A stretch of DNA of 64,000 bases from an uncultured candidate division Zixibacteria bacterium. GTDB lineage: Bacteria > Zixibacteria > MSB-5A5 > UBA10806. Positions 38,290-49,800 of this stretch are shown in pieces; positions within the stretch are counted from its first letter, which is position 1; each line of letters opens with the position of its first letter. The stretch spans positions 1,344,001-1,408,000 of the forward strand of contig CAWDFP010000006.1 of assembly GCA_963801605.1 (NCBI GenBank), given 5' to 3'. The translations under genes and the position numbers were made by a program. Below the pieces are notes generated by a model. It worked only from the letters and a program-made list of their open reading frames with translations. It had not been told where the DNA came from and searched no databases.

Positions 38290-40875
38290 ATGGAGGAAAA
38301 GATGAAGTTTTACAGGCTCGTGGTCATATTAATTCTACTTTGCACCGCTGGAGCATCTGCACAGGTGGGACGCACCGGTGTGCCGTTTCTGCTGATCGCG
38401 CCGGGAGCGAGGGCGGCCGGCATGGGAGAGGCATTTATCTCGATTGCAGATGACGCCACGTCCGTGCATTGGAATCCCGCCGGATTGGGGCGCTATCCCT
38501 TAACCGGAACCTGGAAAACCCTTCAAGGCAGCGATAAAGACTCCATTCAGGCGGTTGTCTTGGTTAAAAATAACCTGCCCGAAAATAATTACCGCCAATA
38601 TGATATCTGGGGTTTGGTAAACAGTAAATTGGCCAAATGGGATGGTGTTGCCTGGACGACAGGAAGCAGGCAGCAATTGAATGCCGGTTCATCCCTAAAA
38701 TCGCTTCTGATACGCTACACCGGTTTAAGTGAGGAGGCGGCCGGACCCTATATTGATAAGCTGGCCCGTCAGAATAATCCTATCACTCCGGAGACAATCG
38801 ATTCGCTCAGGACCAGACTGACCGGCGCTCTTCCGGCAAATTACTCTTATAAAGACGAAATCGGATATGGTTTCGATAAACTCAATAAGGCCTGGCTGGA
38901 ATTGCGAATTAATCCTGTCGGAATCGACCAAATTCGCGCTGATATCAATGGCGCTTTGAAAGATTCGATTCCCTCTACGGCGAATCTCGATAAGATCGCT
39001 TTTGGATTTGATCGCGCCATTGCCTCCAAGGGAGACCGTCGTATCTGGATACCTTATGATCTTATCCTGCCCGATACCATCAACTGCGTTGGATCAGATG
39101 ATAAAAATATTTATATCGGCACAAAATCCGGATTCTTCCGCCTGGAGCCGGATAAGTTGAGATGGTCGTCATTCAGCGCTAAAGCAGATTCGATGGTATC
39201 TGACAATGTCACCGTTGTCGAAAAAGTTGGAACCCGCGTCTATGTCGGAACCGATAAGGGCATAATGAGTTTCTCCGGCCGCACTTTTAATGCCTTCGCA
39301 TCCGACGCTGGCGCTCCCAAGGGACGAATCACTGCTATCGCCGCCGATGGTGATCGCAATGTTTGGGCTTCCACTCCCACAGATCTATATCATTATGATG
39401 GGTTAAAATGGTCCAATGCTCAGGAAAAGCAATTTGGCGTCGGCCAGACTTTAATTAAGTCGACTCAAAATTTCTACGGAGAGCTTGGAGTGGTCGACAG
39501 CGCCAGAATTCTAACCGAAATCGCCAGGGCTAACGCTAATCTTGGTGACACGGTATCAGCCGGACAATCAATAAAAATGCCGTATCGCTTAGGTTATAAA
39601 GGCGAACCCACGGCTCTTGGCGTTGACCCCAAAGGGCGAGTGTGGATTGGCACCACCACCGGCATAAGCTATTTCGATGGCGAAAGTTTCCGTCTTTTCG
39701 GTTACAAACTTATCCAGGCCGATCAGCCAACGACTGTTGACGAGGTTGCCACTCGTTTTATCCCGGATCGCAATCCGGTAAAACTTCAAAAATTAGCGGC
39801 ATTGATAAAACAATATAACGGCTTGACCTCCGATTCTCTTGCGGCTGGGTCCAGAATACTCGTTTTTGCCAACGCTTTGGGAACTGAGATTAATACTATC
39901 GAGCCGATTTCTTCCAAATCGACTGTCGTGGCGACAGACCAGGGAGTGGTCGAATACGATAACGGCAAATGGGGTCGGATGCATAATAACGATTTCTCAG
40001 GCTCCAGTATCTCCAATATCTATTCGCACTCCAGGGATTTATGGGTCGGCTCGAACGATAAGGTTTCAGTCTATGCCGCGCCCAAAAAGCAAATCACATT
40101 TATGCATTCCAACTACCTGGTGCAGCTTGCCAGTGATATCTATTATGAATATTTCTCCTTCGTTCTCCCTACCAGGGATTGGGGAACGTTTGGAATGGGA
40201 GTCACTTTCCTCTCTCTGGGAAATCAGCAGAGGATGGATGAGGTCGGCAGGCCAATGGGTACTTTCTACACTTACGAAATGGCCTTGACCTTGTCTTACG
40301 GTACCAGGCTTATGAATAACGTTTACGGCGGCCTGTCGCTGCGTTATATTAATTCGCATCTATCGATTGCAGGCGCTGGACGAGAACAGGGTACCGGTAT
40401 TGGCTCTTCGGCGGCTATCGACGCTGGCGTTCTCTATGATATGAGCCGTAAAATGACCCTGGCTGCTACGGTAACAAATATCGGACCTGACATTTCTTAC
40501 ATCGACGCTGATCAGGCTGACCCGCTTCCCCGCAAGCTTGCGGTCGGTTTCAATTATAAGTTGATCGATTCCCCGTTCAATCGACTCGCGGTTATCGGCG
40601 AGGCTACCAAGCTTTTGGTCGATCTTAACCATAGCGTCAAAACCGAAATTGAAGAAATCATTCCGCATGTCGGTTTGGAATATTGGTATTCGAATTATGT
40701 AGCTCTGCGCGCCGGTTATGTTTATGACAAGGTCGGCTACCAAAAGTACGTCACACTTGGCGCTTCTCTGCAATACACCGATTACCGGTTTGATTTTGCC
40801 TATATTCCGCCAAGCAACGAAAATACCAACCGCCTGGGAAACACTATCAGGTTTTCCATGAACGTGGGGTTCTAA
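38290..40875 (+). CDS. porV: PorV/FadL-family barrel with a ~530-aa beta-propeller/LysM-like insertion
   Basis: PFLLIAPGARAAGMGEAF..ADDATSVHWNPAGL N-terminus. Barrel resumes at KKQITFMHSNYL (40084). QADPLP and GLEYWY...ALRAGY motifs, terminal F. Confidence 0.8.
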   Translation: MEEKMKFYRLVVILILLCTAGASAQVGRTGVPFLLIAPGARAAGMGEAFISIADDATSVHWNPAGLGRYPLTGTWKTLQGSDKDSIQAVVLVKNNLPENNYRQYDIWGLVNSKLAKWDGVAWTTGSRQQLNAGSSLKSLLIRYTGLSEEAAGPYIDKLARQNNPITPETIDSLRTRLTGALPANYSYKDEIGYGFDKLNKAWLELRINPVGIDQIRADINGALKDSIPSTANLDKIAFGFDRAIASKGDRRIWIPYDLILPDTINCVGSDDKNIYIGTKSGFFRLEPDKLRWSSFSAKADSMVSDNVTVVEKVGTRVYVGTDKGIMSFSGRTFNAFASDAGAPKGRITAIAADGDRNVWASTPTDLYHYDGLKWSNAQEKQFGVGQTLIKSTQNFYGELGVVDSARILTEIARANANLGDTVSAGQSIKMPYRLGYKGEPTALGVDPKGRVWIGTTTGISYFDGESFRLFGYKLIQADQPTTVDEVATRFIPDRNPVKLQKLAALIKQYNGLTSDSLAAGSRILVFANALGTEINTIEPISSKSTVVATDQGVVEYDNGKWGRMHNNDFSGSSISNIYSHSRDLWVGSNDKVSVYAAPKKQITFMHSNYLVQLASDIYYEYFSFVLPTRDWGTFGMGVTFLSLGNQQRMDEVGRPMGTFYTYEMALTLSYGTRLMNNVYGGLSLRYINSHLSIAGAGREQGTGIGSSAAIDAGVLYDMSRKMTLAATVTNIGPDISYIDADQADPLPRKLAVGFNYKLIDSPFNRLAVIGEATKLLVDLNHSVKTEIEEIIPHVGLEYWYSNYVALRAGYVYDKVGYQKYVTLGASLQYTDYRFDFAYIPPSNENTNRLGNTIRFSMNVGF

Positions 40876-40878
40876 ATA

Positions 40879-43800
40879 GTGTCCTTTCGCAGCCTTCGGA
40901 TAATTATTCCGGCAGTCATATTACTAATCCTGCCGGAATTAGCCTCATCTAAGGATATGATGCGTCCTATTACCTGGAAAGTTGTTCCTCAGGAAACGGA
41001 CGGGGGTAAAATCAGGCCATCATTTAAATCCGATATCTCTCAAAAAAATATTCTTGGATTGGATAGGCCAACTCCGTTTTCGCTTCCTACCGGAAAACGC
41101 GGGTTGCCCCTGTCGCTGGCGGTTTTAGAGGATACCGTCAAGGTCCTGGTGCTCAAAATAGAATTCCAGCCGGAAATACCTGACGATCCCAAAACCACCG
41201 GTATCGGCACTTTCGATATGCGTTCTTATGATGAATTTGTCGCTCAGGAACATCATTATATCGATCCCGCTCCGCATGGAACGGCTTATTTCAATTCGCA
41301 CATGGAAGGTTTGCGTCGATATTGGTATTTCGTCTCCGATAAAAAACTCGACCTTAGCTGGGATATATTTCCTCAACCGGAAAGCTCGACTTTCAGGCTG
41401 CCGGTTAAAATGTCTTATTACGGTTCCGAGGGTCCCTGGGCTGATTCCTCGGTTGCCGACAAGTTGGGGCATTTTCTAATCGACGCTATCACTTTTGCCG
41501 ACTCGGCCGCTCCGGAGATAGATTTTTCGCAATACCAGGCGATAATAATCTTCCATGCCGGCTCGGATCAGCAAAATAATTTCGCATTTATCAACGATAC
41601 TCCCGATGATTTTTATACCGGGTTCATCAGACTGGCCGAACCGGTTATCGTCGACAACGGAGCGTTTCAGGTAAGTGAAGCTTTGCAGGTGCCGGAGACT
41701 GAAAGCCAGGATAATCGCATCACAGCTCTGAATGGCGTTCTGGCGCATGAGTTCGGACATCAACTTGGGCTGGTTGACCTGTATGACACCTATAATTTCA
41801 TGACACAGATCGGCGATTTCTCGCTGATGGATAATAACGGCATGTCTGTGGGTGTCGAATTCGACAGCATCTCATCATCTGTTGGTGGCACTATTCCGGT
41901 TTATCCCGACGCCTGGTCGCGGGCCTATCTGGGTTTTGATGTGCCCAAAGTTGTGTCACGCATGGGGGGAGAATCCGTCAGCGCGGCCGTCCTCAATTAT
42001 TCCGAAAGCGAAATTGTCAAAGTCCCTATAACGGATTTTGAATATTACCTGATCGAAAACAGGCAGCAGGTAAATCATGAAACTGCCCTCATTGCTGATC
42101 ACCAAACGGGTGTAATTTTAGGTCCGGGATATTTAGATAACGAAGGCCTGTTGGTTGCCAACGGCGAATACGATCTCTTCTGCCCCGGCAACGGTATGCT
42201 GATCTGGCATATCGATGAATATCCGGCTTATCAAAATTATACGGGATCTCCCGATAACAACTTCTTCACCAATACTCTTCAATGGGATAAAGATCGTCGC
42301 TTTGTGTCTCTGGTCGAGGCCGACGGCGTGGTCGATTTTGGAGGCAACTATTACCGTGGCTACGGCGATCAAAACGATTTCTTCAGGGCTGGCGGCCCCA
42401 CAGCCATGACTCCTTTTACTCGTCCACCCTCGCGAACCAATCTGGGCGCCGATTCCCATGTATTTATCACCAACGTTTCCGCTTCCGATACCATCATGAC
42501 AGTCGATATCGATAACAACTGGCTCTTGCCCGGCTGGCCGCAGATGAGTCGTCCAGCGGCCATGTCTGATCCAATTATTACCGATGTTGGCGCGCTGGGC
42601 TCTAATGCGGTCGTAATGGCCGGCGGAAATCAGCTTTTGGCCTGGCGATTCGATGGCAGCAAAATTATCCCTAATTACGACTCAATTGGTTTCATGCGTT
42701 ATGACAGCAGTATCGCCGTTTACCCCTTAGCGGTGATAGCTGATTGCAATACCGATATCGTTGGCCGTCCGGTCGCGGTTGATTTCGATGGTGACGGTAT
42801 CAACGAGCTTGCGGCCGTCACAACTACTGGACGACTTTATGCAGTTAGGGCCGCTGACGATGACCACGATGGCCGCGGCGACGCCCTAACCGGATTCCCA
42901 TATCAAATTGGCGCTGGAGTCACGCTTCCGCCGATTGCCGTTAATTTTCTGGCGCGGCCCGGTCAGCAGCTTCTTGTATTCCGTAGTTCCGAAGTCCATC
43001 TGATTTATTCCAATCCTCCGGATTCGTTACCGGTCGATAGTCTGATTTTTGCATGGGAATATGACTTTCCTTCCGCGTCCGCTTATAGCGTTGCCGGAAA
43101 AAATGTAGTAGATCTGATTGAACGCGAAAGGTTTGGACATATTATCAGGATGACTGCTGATTCTGGCGCGGTTAATTTTCAGCAGGCGTTTAGGGCCTCA
43201 TATTATGACCCCGCGAAATATCTGATCTCAGGCGATGTCAGCCGTAGCGGCGGAATGCCGGATATCGTGCTCGTAAGCGGTCGAACTGTGCGGCTTATTG
43301 GAGCGGATGGCGCTCTTAAATGGGCTGTAGATATCCGCGATGAACTCGGCCGCCCGGCGCTGGGCGATATCAATTCGGATGGTTTCCCGGAAGTTGTCGT
43401 TGCCGGCAATGCGAAAATTTACGCTATTTCCTACAATGGCGTTATGCTTGATAATTTCCCCATCAATATGCGGCTATATGATACCAGTGGCATCCCGGAT
43501 ACGTCCGCCATTACATCCCCTCCGATATTGGGAGATGTTGACGGTGACGACAATCCCGATATCATCATTGGTCTGCCGGCTGGCTCTATCTATGCGTTCA
43601 ATTATCACGCCGATAAACTTTCAGGTTTCCCGCTTCCCAGTTCATTTGGGATATCGCGAGCTTGTGCCCTGGGCGATATCAACGCCGATGGCAGGATCGA
43701 TCTGGTCACCGTGGAAAATCCCGGTTTTGTCAAAGCCTGGGCGATAGATACATCGTATATTGCCGCTGATGTCCCCTGGGGCAATTCGGGCGGCACTCCT

Positions 43801-44136
43801 GGCAACAGTGGTTACCTCAACCCCATTTATGAAAAACCGATGGTCAGCGCTGATCTCCAACTTCCTGAAAATTCCGTATTCAACTATCCAAACCCGGCCA
43901 GAAACACTACCACCATCAGGTACTACCTTAACAGCGATTCCCGGGTAAATATCGATATATTTGATTTCATGGGGGAGAGGGTTCACGATATCCAACTTGC
44001 CGGGTTGGGTCATGTTTCGAACGAATATGTTTGGGACTGCAGCAGTGTGGCATCCGGAATATATTTTTGCCGTGTCGAGGCTGTAAATGACACTGGCAAG
44101 AACTGGCGGATGATTAAAATTGCGATTGCAAAATAA
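40879..44136 (+). CDS. M6 (immune inhibitor A-like) metallopeptidase with FG-GAP repeats and CTD
   Basis: IFHAG, AHEFGHQLGLVDLYD, FSLMD, EYYLIENR, DxxxDG repeats, FNYPNP. Confidence 0.85.
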   Translation: MSFRSLRIIIPAVILLILPELASSKDMMRPITWKVVPQETDGGKIRPSFKSDISQKNILGLDRPTPFSLPTGKRGLPLSLAVLEDTVKVLVLKIEFQPEIPDDPKTTGIGTFDMRSYDEFVAQEHHYIDPAPHGTAYFNSHMEGLRRYWYFVSDKKLDLSWDIFPQPESSTFRLPVKMSYYGSEGPWADSSVADKLGHFLIDAITFADSAAPEIDFSQYQAIIIFHAGSDQQNNFAFINDTPDDFYTGFIRLAEPVIVDNGAFQVSEALQVPETESQDNRITALNGVLAHEFGHQLGLVDLYDTYNFMTQIGDFSLMDNNGMSVGVEFDSISSSVGGTIPVYPDAWSRAYLGFDVPKVVSRMGGESVSAAVLNYSESEIVKVPITDFEYYLIENRQQVNHETALIADHQTGVILGPGYLDNEGLLVANGEYDLFCPGNGMLIWHIDEYPAYQNYTGSPDNNFFTNTLQWDKDRRFVSLVEADGVVDFGGNYYRGYGDQNDFFRAGGPTAMTPFTRPPSRTNLGADSHVFITNVSASDTIMTVDIDNNWLLPGWPQMSRPAAMSDPIITDVGALGSNAVVMAGGNQLLAWRFDGSKIIPNYDSIGFMRYDSSIAVYPLAVIADCNTDIVGRPVAVDFDGDGINELAAVTTTGRLYAVRAADDDHDGRGDALTGFPYQIGAGVTLPPIAVNFLARPGQQLLVFRSSEVHLIYSNPPDSLPVDSLIFAWEYDFPSASAYSVAGKNVVDLIERERFGHIIRMTADSGAVNFQQAFRASYYDPAKYLISGDVSRSGGMPDIVLVSGRTVRLIGADGALKWAVDIRDELGRPALGDINSDGFPEVVVAGNAKIYAISYNGVMLDNFPINMRLYDTSGIPDTSAITSPPILGDVDGDDNPDIIIGLPAGSIYAFNYHADKLSGFPLPSSFGISRACALGDINADGRIDLVTVENPGFVKAWAIDTSYIAADVPWGNSGGTPGNSGYLNPIYEKPMVSADLQLPENSVFNYPNPARNTTTIRYYLNSDSRVNIDIFDFMGERVHDIQLAGLGHVSNEYVWDCSSVASGIYFCRVEAVNDTGKNWRMIKIAIAK

Positions 44137-44177
44137 TGGTGTAAGCAATAGGCGAGAGCATTCTCGCGGGAGGAATT

Positions 44178-45029
44178 ATGAAGGCGCTTAATATTTTGAT
44201 TGTGATAGCTGTAGTATTTTCGGCTGCTCTGTGTCAGGCCGCAGGCTTGACCCGGACAGTTTCGGTTAACGAATATTTCGCGGAAAAATCATTATCCCTG
44301 CATAGCTATCTATCCAATCAGCTTGATGTCAAAGGCAACGACACCGACTTGCGCGCTGATATTTATGAATTCCACGCCAAATCACCTGTTAAGGCCTTTG
44401 TGATGTCGATGCTGATACCTGGCGCGGGACAGTATTACAATGGCTCAAAAATAAAAGCTGCTTCATTTTTTGCTGTCGATGTAGCCCTTTGGTCGGGTTA
44501 TCTCCTTTATCATGGTAAAGGCGTCAATATGGAAAATGATTATAAAGCCTTTGCCAATCAGAATTATCATTTTTCGACTTATTTCGGTTGGTGGGATGGT
44601 CTGGATTCAAGCAGTCAAAACGTTTTTTCGCATCGAATTTATCTCGATTCAACAGGTCAAAGCCCGATTTATAACCGCGAGTATTATGAAAATATAGGAA
44701 AATACGATCAATTTCAGGTTGGCTGGGGCTCCAGCGGTCTGAATCATCCCCCGCGGATTTCTCCCAACGATACTACCAGAACTGCCTGGTACGGAGATAA
44801 CAACGAACGTCTGACTTACCTTGGAATGCGAAAAAAATCAAACGATTATTTCTCAAATGCCAAAACGATGGCCATAGTGTCAATAGGTAATCATCTCATT
44901 TCGGCCATCGAGGCTGCTATTGGCGCCAGAGGATTTAATAAAGGCGGCAAGCAATATTCGCTCCAGTTGGAATCGAGAGATATTAACGGACGGGTCGTGC
45001 CGTTTGCAATGGTCAGGACGATATTCTGA
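44178..45029 (+). CDS. Hypothetical outer-membrane protein (S.L.PG.GQ.Y type), paralog 1
   Basis: Signal peptide, KAFVMSMLIPGAGQYY, YYENIGKYDQF, NHLISAIEA, terminal F. Confidence 0.7.
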   Translation: MKALNILIVIAVVFSAALCQAAGLTRTVSVNEYFAEKSLSLHSYLSNQLDVKGNDTDLRADIYEFHAKSPVKAFVMSMLIPGAGQYYNGSKIKAASFFAVDVALWSGYLLYHGKGVNMENDYKAFANQNYHFSTYFGWWDGLDSSSQNVFSHRIYLDSTGQSPIYNREYYENIGKYDQFQVGWGSSGLNHPPRISPNDTTRTAWYGDNNERLTYLGMRKKSNDYFSNAKTMAIVSIGNHLISAIEAAIGARGFNKGGKQYSLQLESRDINGRVVPFAMVRTIF

Positions 45030-45031
45030 TT

Positions 45032-45778
45032 ATGATAGCTCGTAAATTAATAATTTTAGGGTTGGTATTATCCTTCCTGATGCCGGTTCAGGCATTCCCT
45101 GAAACGATTTCTCGCCTTATGGAGCGGCAACTTAAGCAGGGCGGCGAAGATCTCAATCCTCCCTCTTTTTTAACGCCGCAAAAGGGAAAAAGGAAATCCA
45201 AGTTCAAAGCGCTGGGGCTATCGCTTCTCCTTCCGGGTGCAGGGCAGTATTATACCGAAAATAAAACCAAAATGATTATCTTCGGAAGCGCCGAGGCTCT
45301 CATCTGGACCAGCTTTTTCGGCTTACGCACCTATGGCAAATGGAAAAAAGATGATTATAAGGGATGGGCCGCTGTACATGCCGGAGCGTCTATCGCCGGT
45401 AAATCCGACCTCTTTTTCGAAAAGCTGACTTACTACAATAATCTTAACGAATACAATCAGCTTGAGCTTGTCTATGAGGGGCCTGATGCGCAGCTTTTCC
45501 CAACCACCGCCAGTTACTGGTGGAATTGGGATTCCCAGGCTAACCGGGATTATTACCGCAGCCTGCGTAATCAAAGCAAAAACGCCTATCGACGATCCCT
45601 TTTTCTGGTAGCTGGAGCCGTGATTAACCGCGTCCTTTCGGGAATTGACGCTTACCGCTCCGCTTCGGCTATGGATCGAAATCAGGAATTTGGCGCCGCC
45701 GACTGGGGTCTTTACTATTCTGCGGACGGCCCGCTATGGGATAGCAAACTTGAAATCGGGTTTGTTAAAAAGTTTTAA
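45032..45778 (+). CDS. Hypothetical outer-membrane protein (S.L.PG.GQ.Y type), paralog 2
   Basis: KALGLSLLLPGAGQYY, NRVLSGIDA, terminal F. Confidence 0.7.
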   Translation: MIARKLIILGLVLSFLMPVQAFPETISRLMERQLKQGGEDLNPPSFLTPQKGKRKSKFKALGLSLLLPGAGQYYTENKTKMIIFGSAEALIWTSFFGLRTYGKWKKDDYKGWAAVHAGASIAGKSDLFFEKLTYYNNLNEYNQLELVYEGPDAQLFPTTASYWWNWDSQANRDYYRSLRNQSKNAYRRSLFLVAGAVINRVLSGIDAYRSASAMDRNQEFGAADWGLYYSADGPLWDSKLEIGFVKKF

Positions 45779-46703
45779 GGCTGCCCTGGCATGCCTTTTA
45801 GCCTTCTCTTGTGCTACCGGAGGGATGGGGCAATCGGGCAAGTTGCCGGTTCGCTCGCAATCCAGGCCGATCTTGAACGTCCGGCAGATTACCCAGGCCG
45901 GCCCTCAACTCTCCGATGATGTAGCCCTGATTTCGCCCGCGGCGGTTGTTATTAACGATATTGGCGAAATTTTTATCTCCGATAATGCCTCCAACTCGGT
46001 TTACAGGCTTTCATCGTCATTGGAGCTGCTTTCAAAGGAGGGTAGTCCGTCATCGAGCATCTTCAATAAGCCTTTGGGAATGGCTTGCGATGCTGCCCTC
46101 AATCTTTACGTAGTCGATAGCGGCAACCATCGGATTCAGGTTCTTGATCACAATTTGCGCTTTGCCCGAAGTGTAACCTCATATTCCGATCAAAATAATG
46201 AATCAGTTGATTTTTCCCAGCCGACCGATATTTCAATTGATGGTGAAGGCAATTTCTGGATTGCCGATGATAATAAGATTTTAAAGCTCAACCCTTTTTT
46301 TGATCTTCTTCTTGAAATATCCGACCAGGTCCCCAGTCCGTTTATTGTAGGTAAAGTTTCATCGCTCAGGGTCTCAAAGAAAGGTCTGGTTGCCATCGCC
46401 GATAACGGTAACCAGCGAATCAGGATCATCTCAACCGCTGGCAACTATATTTCTGAAATCAACGTTTCCTCGCCGCGGGCGGTTGCCTGGGATGGGGATG
46501 ATGATATTTGGGTTGTCGAACAAAATAAACTTTCGTCCTATGATTTGGCCGGAAATGAGCGCTATTCATTTATAGGAGATCAGCCCGGCGCTCGGCCCGG
46601 CTGGGCCGCGTTTGATCCCGGCGGTCGGCTGATTATCCTCGATAGCGGCCTGCGCAAAATTGGAATCTTTGAGGTGGTTCGAGGCTCCCAAGGTGGTAAA
46701 TAA
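45750..46703 (+). CDS. NHL-repeat beta-propeller protein (probable lipoprotein; start uncertain)
   Basis: FNKPLG..D..LYVVDSGNHRIQV and ADNGNQRI repeats. LAFS-C lipobox. Confidence 0.75.
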   Translation: MKSGLLKSFKAALACLLAFSCATGGMGQSGKLPVRSQSRPILNVRQITQAGPQLSDDVALISPAAVVINDIGEIFISDNASNSVYRLSSSLELLSKEGSPSSSIFNKPLGMACDAALNLYVVDSGNHRIQVLDHNLRFARSVTSYSDQNNESVDFSQPTDISIDGEGNFWIADDNKILKLNPFFDLLLEISDQVPSPFIVGKVSSLRVSKKGLVAIADNGNQRIRIISTAGNYISEINVSSPRAVAWDGDDDIWVVEQNKLSSYDLAGNERYSFIGDQPGARPGWAAFDPGGRLIILDSGLRKIGIFEVVRGSQGGK

Positions 46704-46789
46704 GATGGTATTTAGCCACGTAATCAATTTGCGGGAATAACTCAAGAAGGATCATATATCCTTGATGATAATTTCATGGAATAAAATAA

Positions 46790-46817
46790 GCAGGGGCGTA
46801 CCGCGAAACGCCCCTGC
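46790..46817. repeat. REP-like hairpin (possible terminator)
   Basis: GCAGGGGCGT-N8-ACGCCCCTGC. A similar GGGGCG..CGCCCC hairpin lies at ~53217-53242. Confidence 0.6.
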
Positions 46818-46874
46818 ATTATTAATAACATCGCTTGTTGTCATTATAATGTTATTGAAAATGAATGACTGCTG

Positions 46875-49800
46875 ATGAAAAAATGTATCGCTTCATTATT
46901 TGTGTTCTTTTTATATGCCATCGCTTCGAGCCAGGCGCCGGATACTTCTGTTACGGTCCACGGTAAGGGCACTCGCGGGCCATATCAGCTTGGCTTCCGA
47001 TATTTAATTAACGGCTCATTCTCCTTATTTCACGGCGATAAACCCATCAGCGCCGACAGCTTTACAGTCCAATTCGCTGACGGTATCCTCGATCTTACTG
47101 AGCCTCTTCCAATCGGAGATTCCCTGTTTGCCCGATTTCGCTTCATGCCGCTTACGCTTAAAACACGCTATTTCCTGCATGATATCGCATCTTCCAGCGC
47201 GGATACGTCAACAATAATTGATCTAAAATCAACTCCTGGCGTTGAACACTTTGGAAGCGATCTCTCTATTACCGGCAGCAAAGGATTTTCATTTCAAGCC
47301 GGGCAGGGAGTCAATAACTCCTTGTCTCAATCGCTCAACCTGTCTATTGCCGGCGATCTCATTCCGGGATTGCATACCTCTGCCCATATCTCAGACAAGT
47401 CAACCGGCACAAACGGGGTTACCCGACGGCTTGAGGAACTTGACAAGATTTATATCGAGGCCGAATCCGACAAATTCAAAGGGACCTTTGGCGATTTTGA
47501 TTATACTCGTGATCGTGATCCGCTCTTGGGATTCGAAAGAAAATTGACCGGCTTAAAAGCTCTTTATGCCAATAAAGGCAATTCGATACAGGGAGCCGCC
47601 GCATTTTTCCCCGGAGAATATTCCTCTATTACCATAAGCGGCCATGATGGTCAACTCGGGCCGTATTATCTAACCGATCTTGGTGGACGTCAGGGAACGC
47701 AGATATTACCGGGTTCCGAGAAGATTTATCTCGATGGAATTTTGCAGCGGCGCGGTGATGATTATCAGATCGATTATGATGCTGGAACCATCCTGTTCGC
47801 ACCCTCAAAAGTGATTCGCGATGAGAGCCGTATCACTCTCGATTATGAAGTTTCCCGCGAGGAGTATGGACGAAGTTTTTATTCTGCGTCGGGTGAAGCT
47901 GCGCCCGCGCCGGGTTTTCGCGTTTATTCAAGTGTTCTTCAGGAGGGCGATAACAAAAGCTCCCCCAAAAGCTTTGAAATGACCGACGAGATCAAAAGCA
48001 TTCTTCAGAACGCCGGCGCAAACCGTTTCAGTGCTGCTAAAAGCGGTGTAAAACCTGTTGGCCCCGGATTGGGAAGCTACAATCTTGATACCACCGGGAC
48101 TCCGCATTATGTTTATGTCGGGGCAAATCGCGGCTCATTCGATGTGACATTCTCATTCATTGGTACAAACCTCGGCTCCTATCGTGCCCTGGGTGGCGGC
48201 TCGTATGTTTATAACGGTCTTAACCTGGGCGATTATGAACCAGTAATATTGATTCCCCTTCCTCAGGTAAGCAGGTACGGCTCTTTCGGCTCAACCTGGA
48301 TGGCCCCCGACAGCTCAATTGCCTTTGAAGGTGAATTAGCCGGCTCTCTTAATGATCGTAATACTCTTTCTAATTTCGATCCGGTCCAGCAGGGGGCCTC
48401 CGGATATGGGGCCGCGCACCTCAGGCAAAATATATTTGGAGAAAATAGCTTCATCGGCTTTGATGCCCGGTTTCGTAAGATTGGCCGTGAAGCTATCTTC
48501 CCGGGCAGAATTGATGATGTAGAACGTTATCGCAAATACGATCTCGATGCCGCTCTTCCCAGCGCCGGAGAGAAGGTCGAGGAGGCTGCTATTAGCGGCG
48601 GCCCCGATAAACAGCGTGTTATTTCGTTCGAAATGGGCTATCTGACTCATCCCGATATCAAAAGCCGATATCGTCAGGCCGCCGGACTTAATTGGAAGAT
48701 TATAGGCCCGTTAAGCATCTCTTCGAGTCTCGAACGAACAACAGGTATTCGAACCTGGTGGAAACGCAATGCTTTAATCTCCGCCAACATGAAGCGTTTC
48801 CAACCTTCTTTCAGAGTCAATTTCGAGCAACGTGACGGCCTTTCCGGATTTAAATATTATGAATACGGGGCATCCTTACCGGCGACATATACCCAAAATA
48901 TCAGCGGCACAACGGAGTTGGTTTTTCGAGATGAAAAGTATCTGGATACGGTTTGGAAAAATAAATTCCAATCGGGATCGATTCAACAGAACCTGAATTT
49001 CGTTTTGGGGCCATCCGGTTTTTCGGGCGAATTGGCCGGATCATATTATCGGAAACATTACCGGGATTTCGCGGGTACCGACTCCGATCAGCGCACCGGC
49101 TGGACCCGGCTGACATACTCCGATCCCGCTGGCAGAGGTTCATTTTCGGTTAACGAACGCTTAAGTTCATCAAACGAAAGACTGCAATCGAAAAATTATC
49201 TCTTCGTGGGATTGGGACATGGCGACTACCGATTGGAAGATGGCGAATATATCAGTGATCCCCAGGGAGATTATATAGCGGTAATCGATGAGCTGGGAGA
49301 AGGGGAGAAGATTTCCGAAATCAATACCGAACTGAGCGGTTCGCTGTCTCCTTTCGTGGCATTCGATCCATCCCGAAAAATTGAATCAAGCGCCGGACGG
49401 TTGAGTATCGAATCCGATCTCACTTATTCTCTTAAAAAATCGTCTAATCGTCTTTTGGGATGGGATTTTTTCCCCTGGAGAACCTCACACGTTTCCAAGG
49501 TGGTTCTTCAGAATGGGCAACTCAACACCAGAGTTTATTATTATCCTCCGCGCGGCAATCATCGCTTTCGATATAATATGGAGCGTACCTTCGAAAATGG
49601 GGCGCCATACTCCAATGAAACTTCAAATAACCGTTCCAGAACCGATGAACTTTCCTGGGCTTTTCCTGCAAATAAAAAACTGGATATAATATTATCATTG
49701 TCATCGTCAAACGAAAGAAGATCGGTCAATGGATCGGGCTATAATATCGATCGCAACAGCGTTACAATATCGAATAGCTATCGCCCGACAAAATCGTGGA

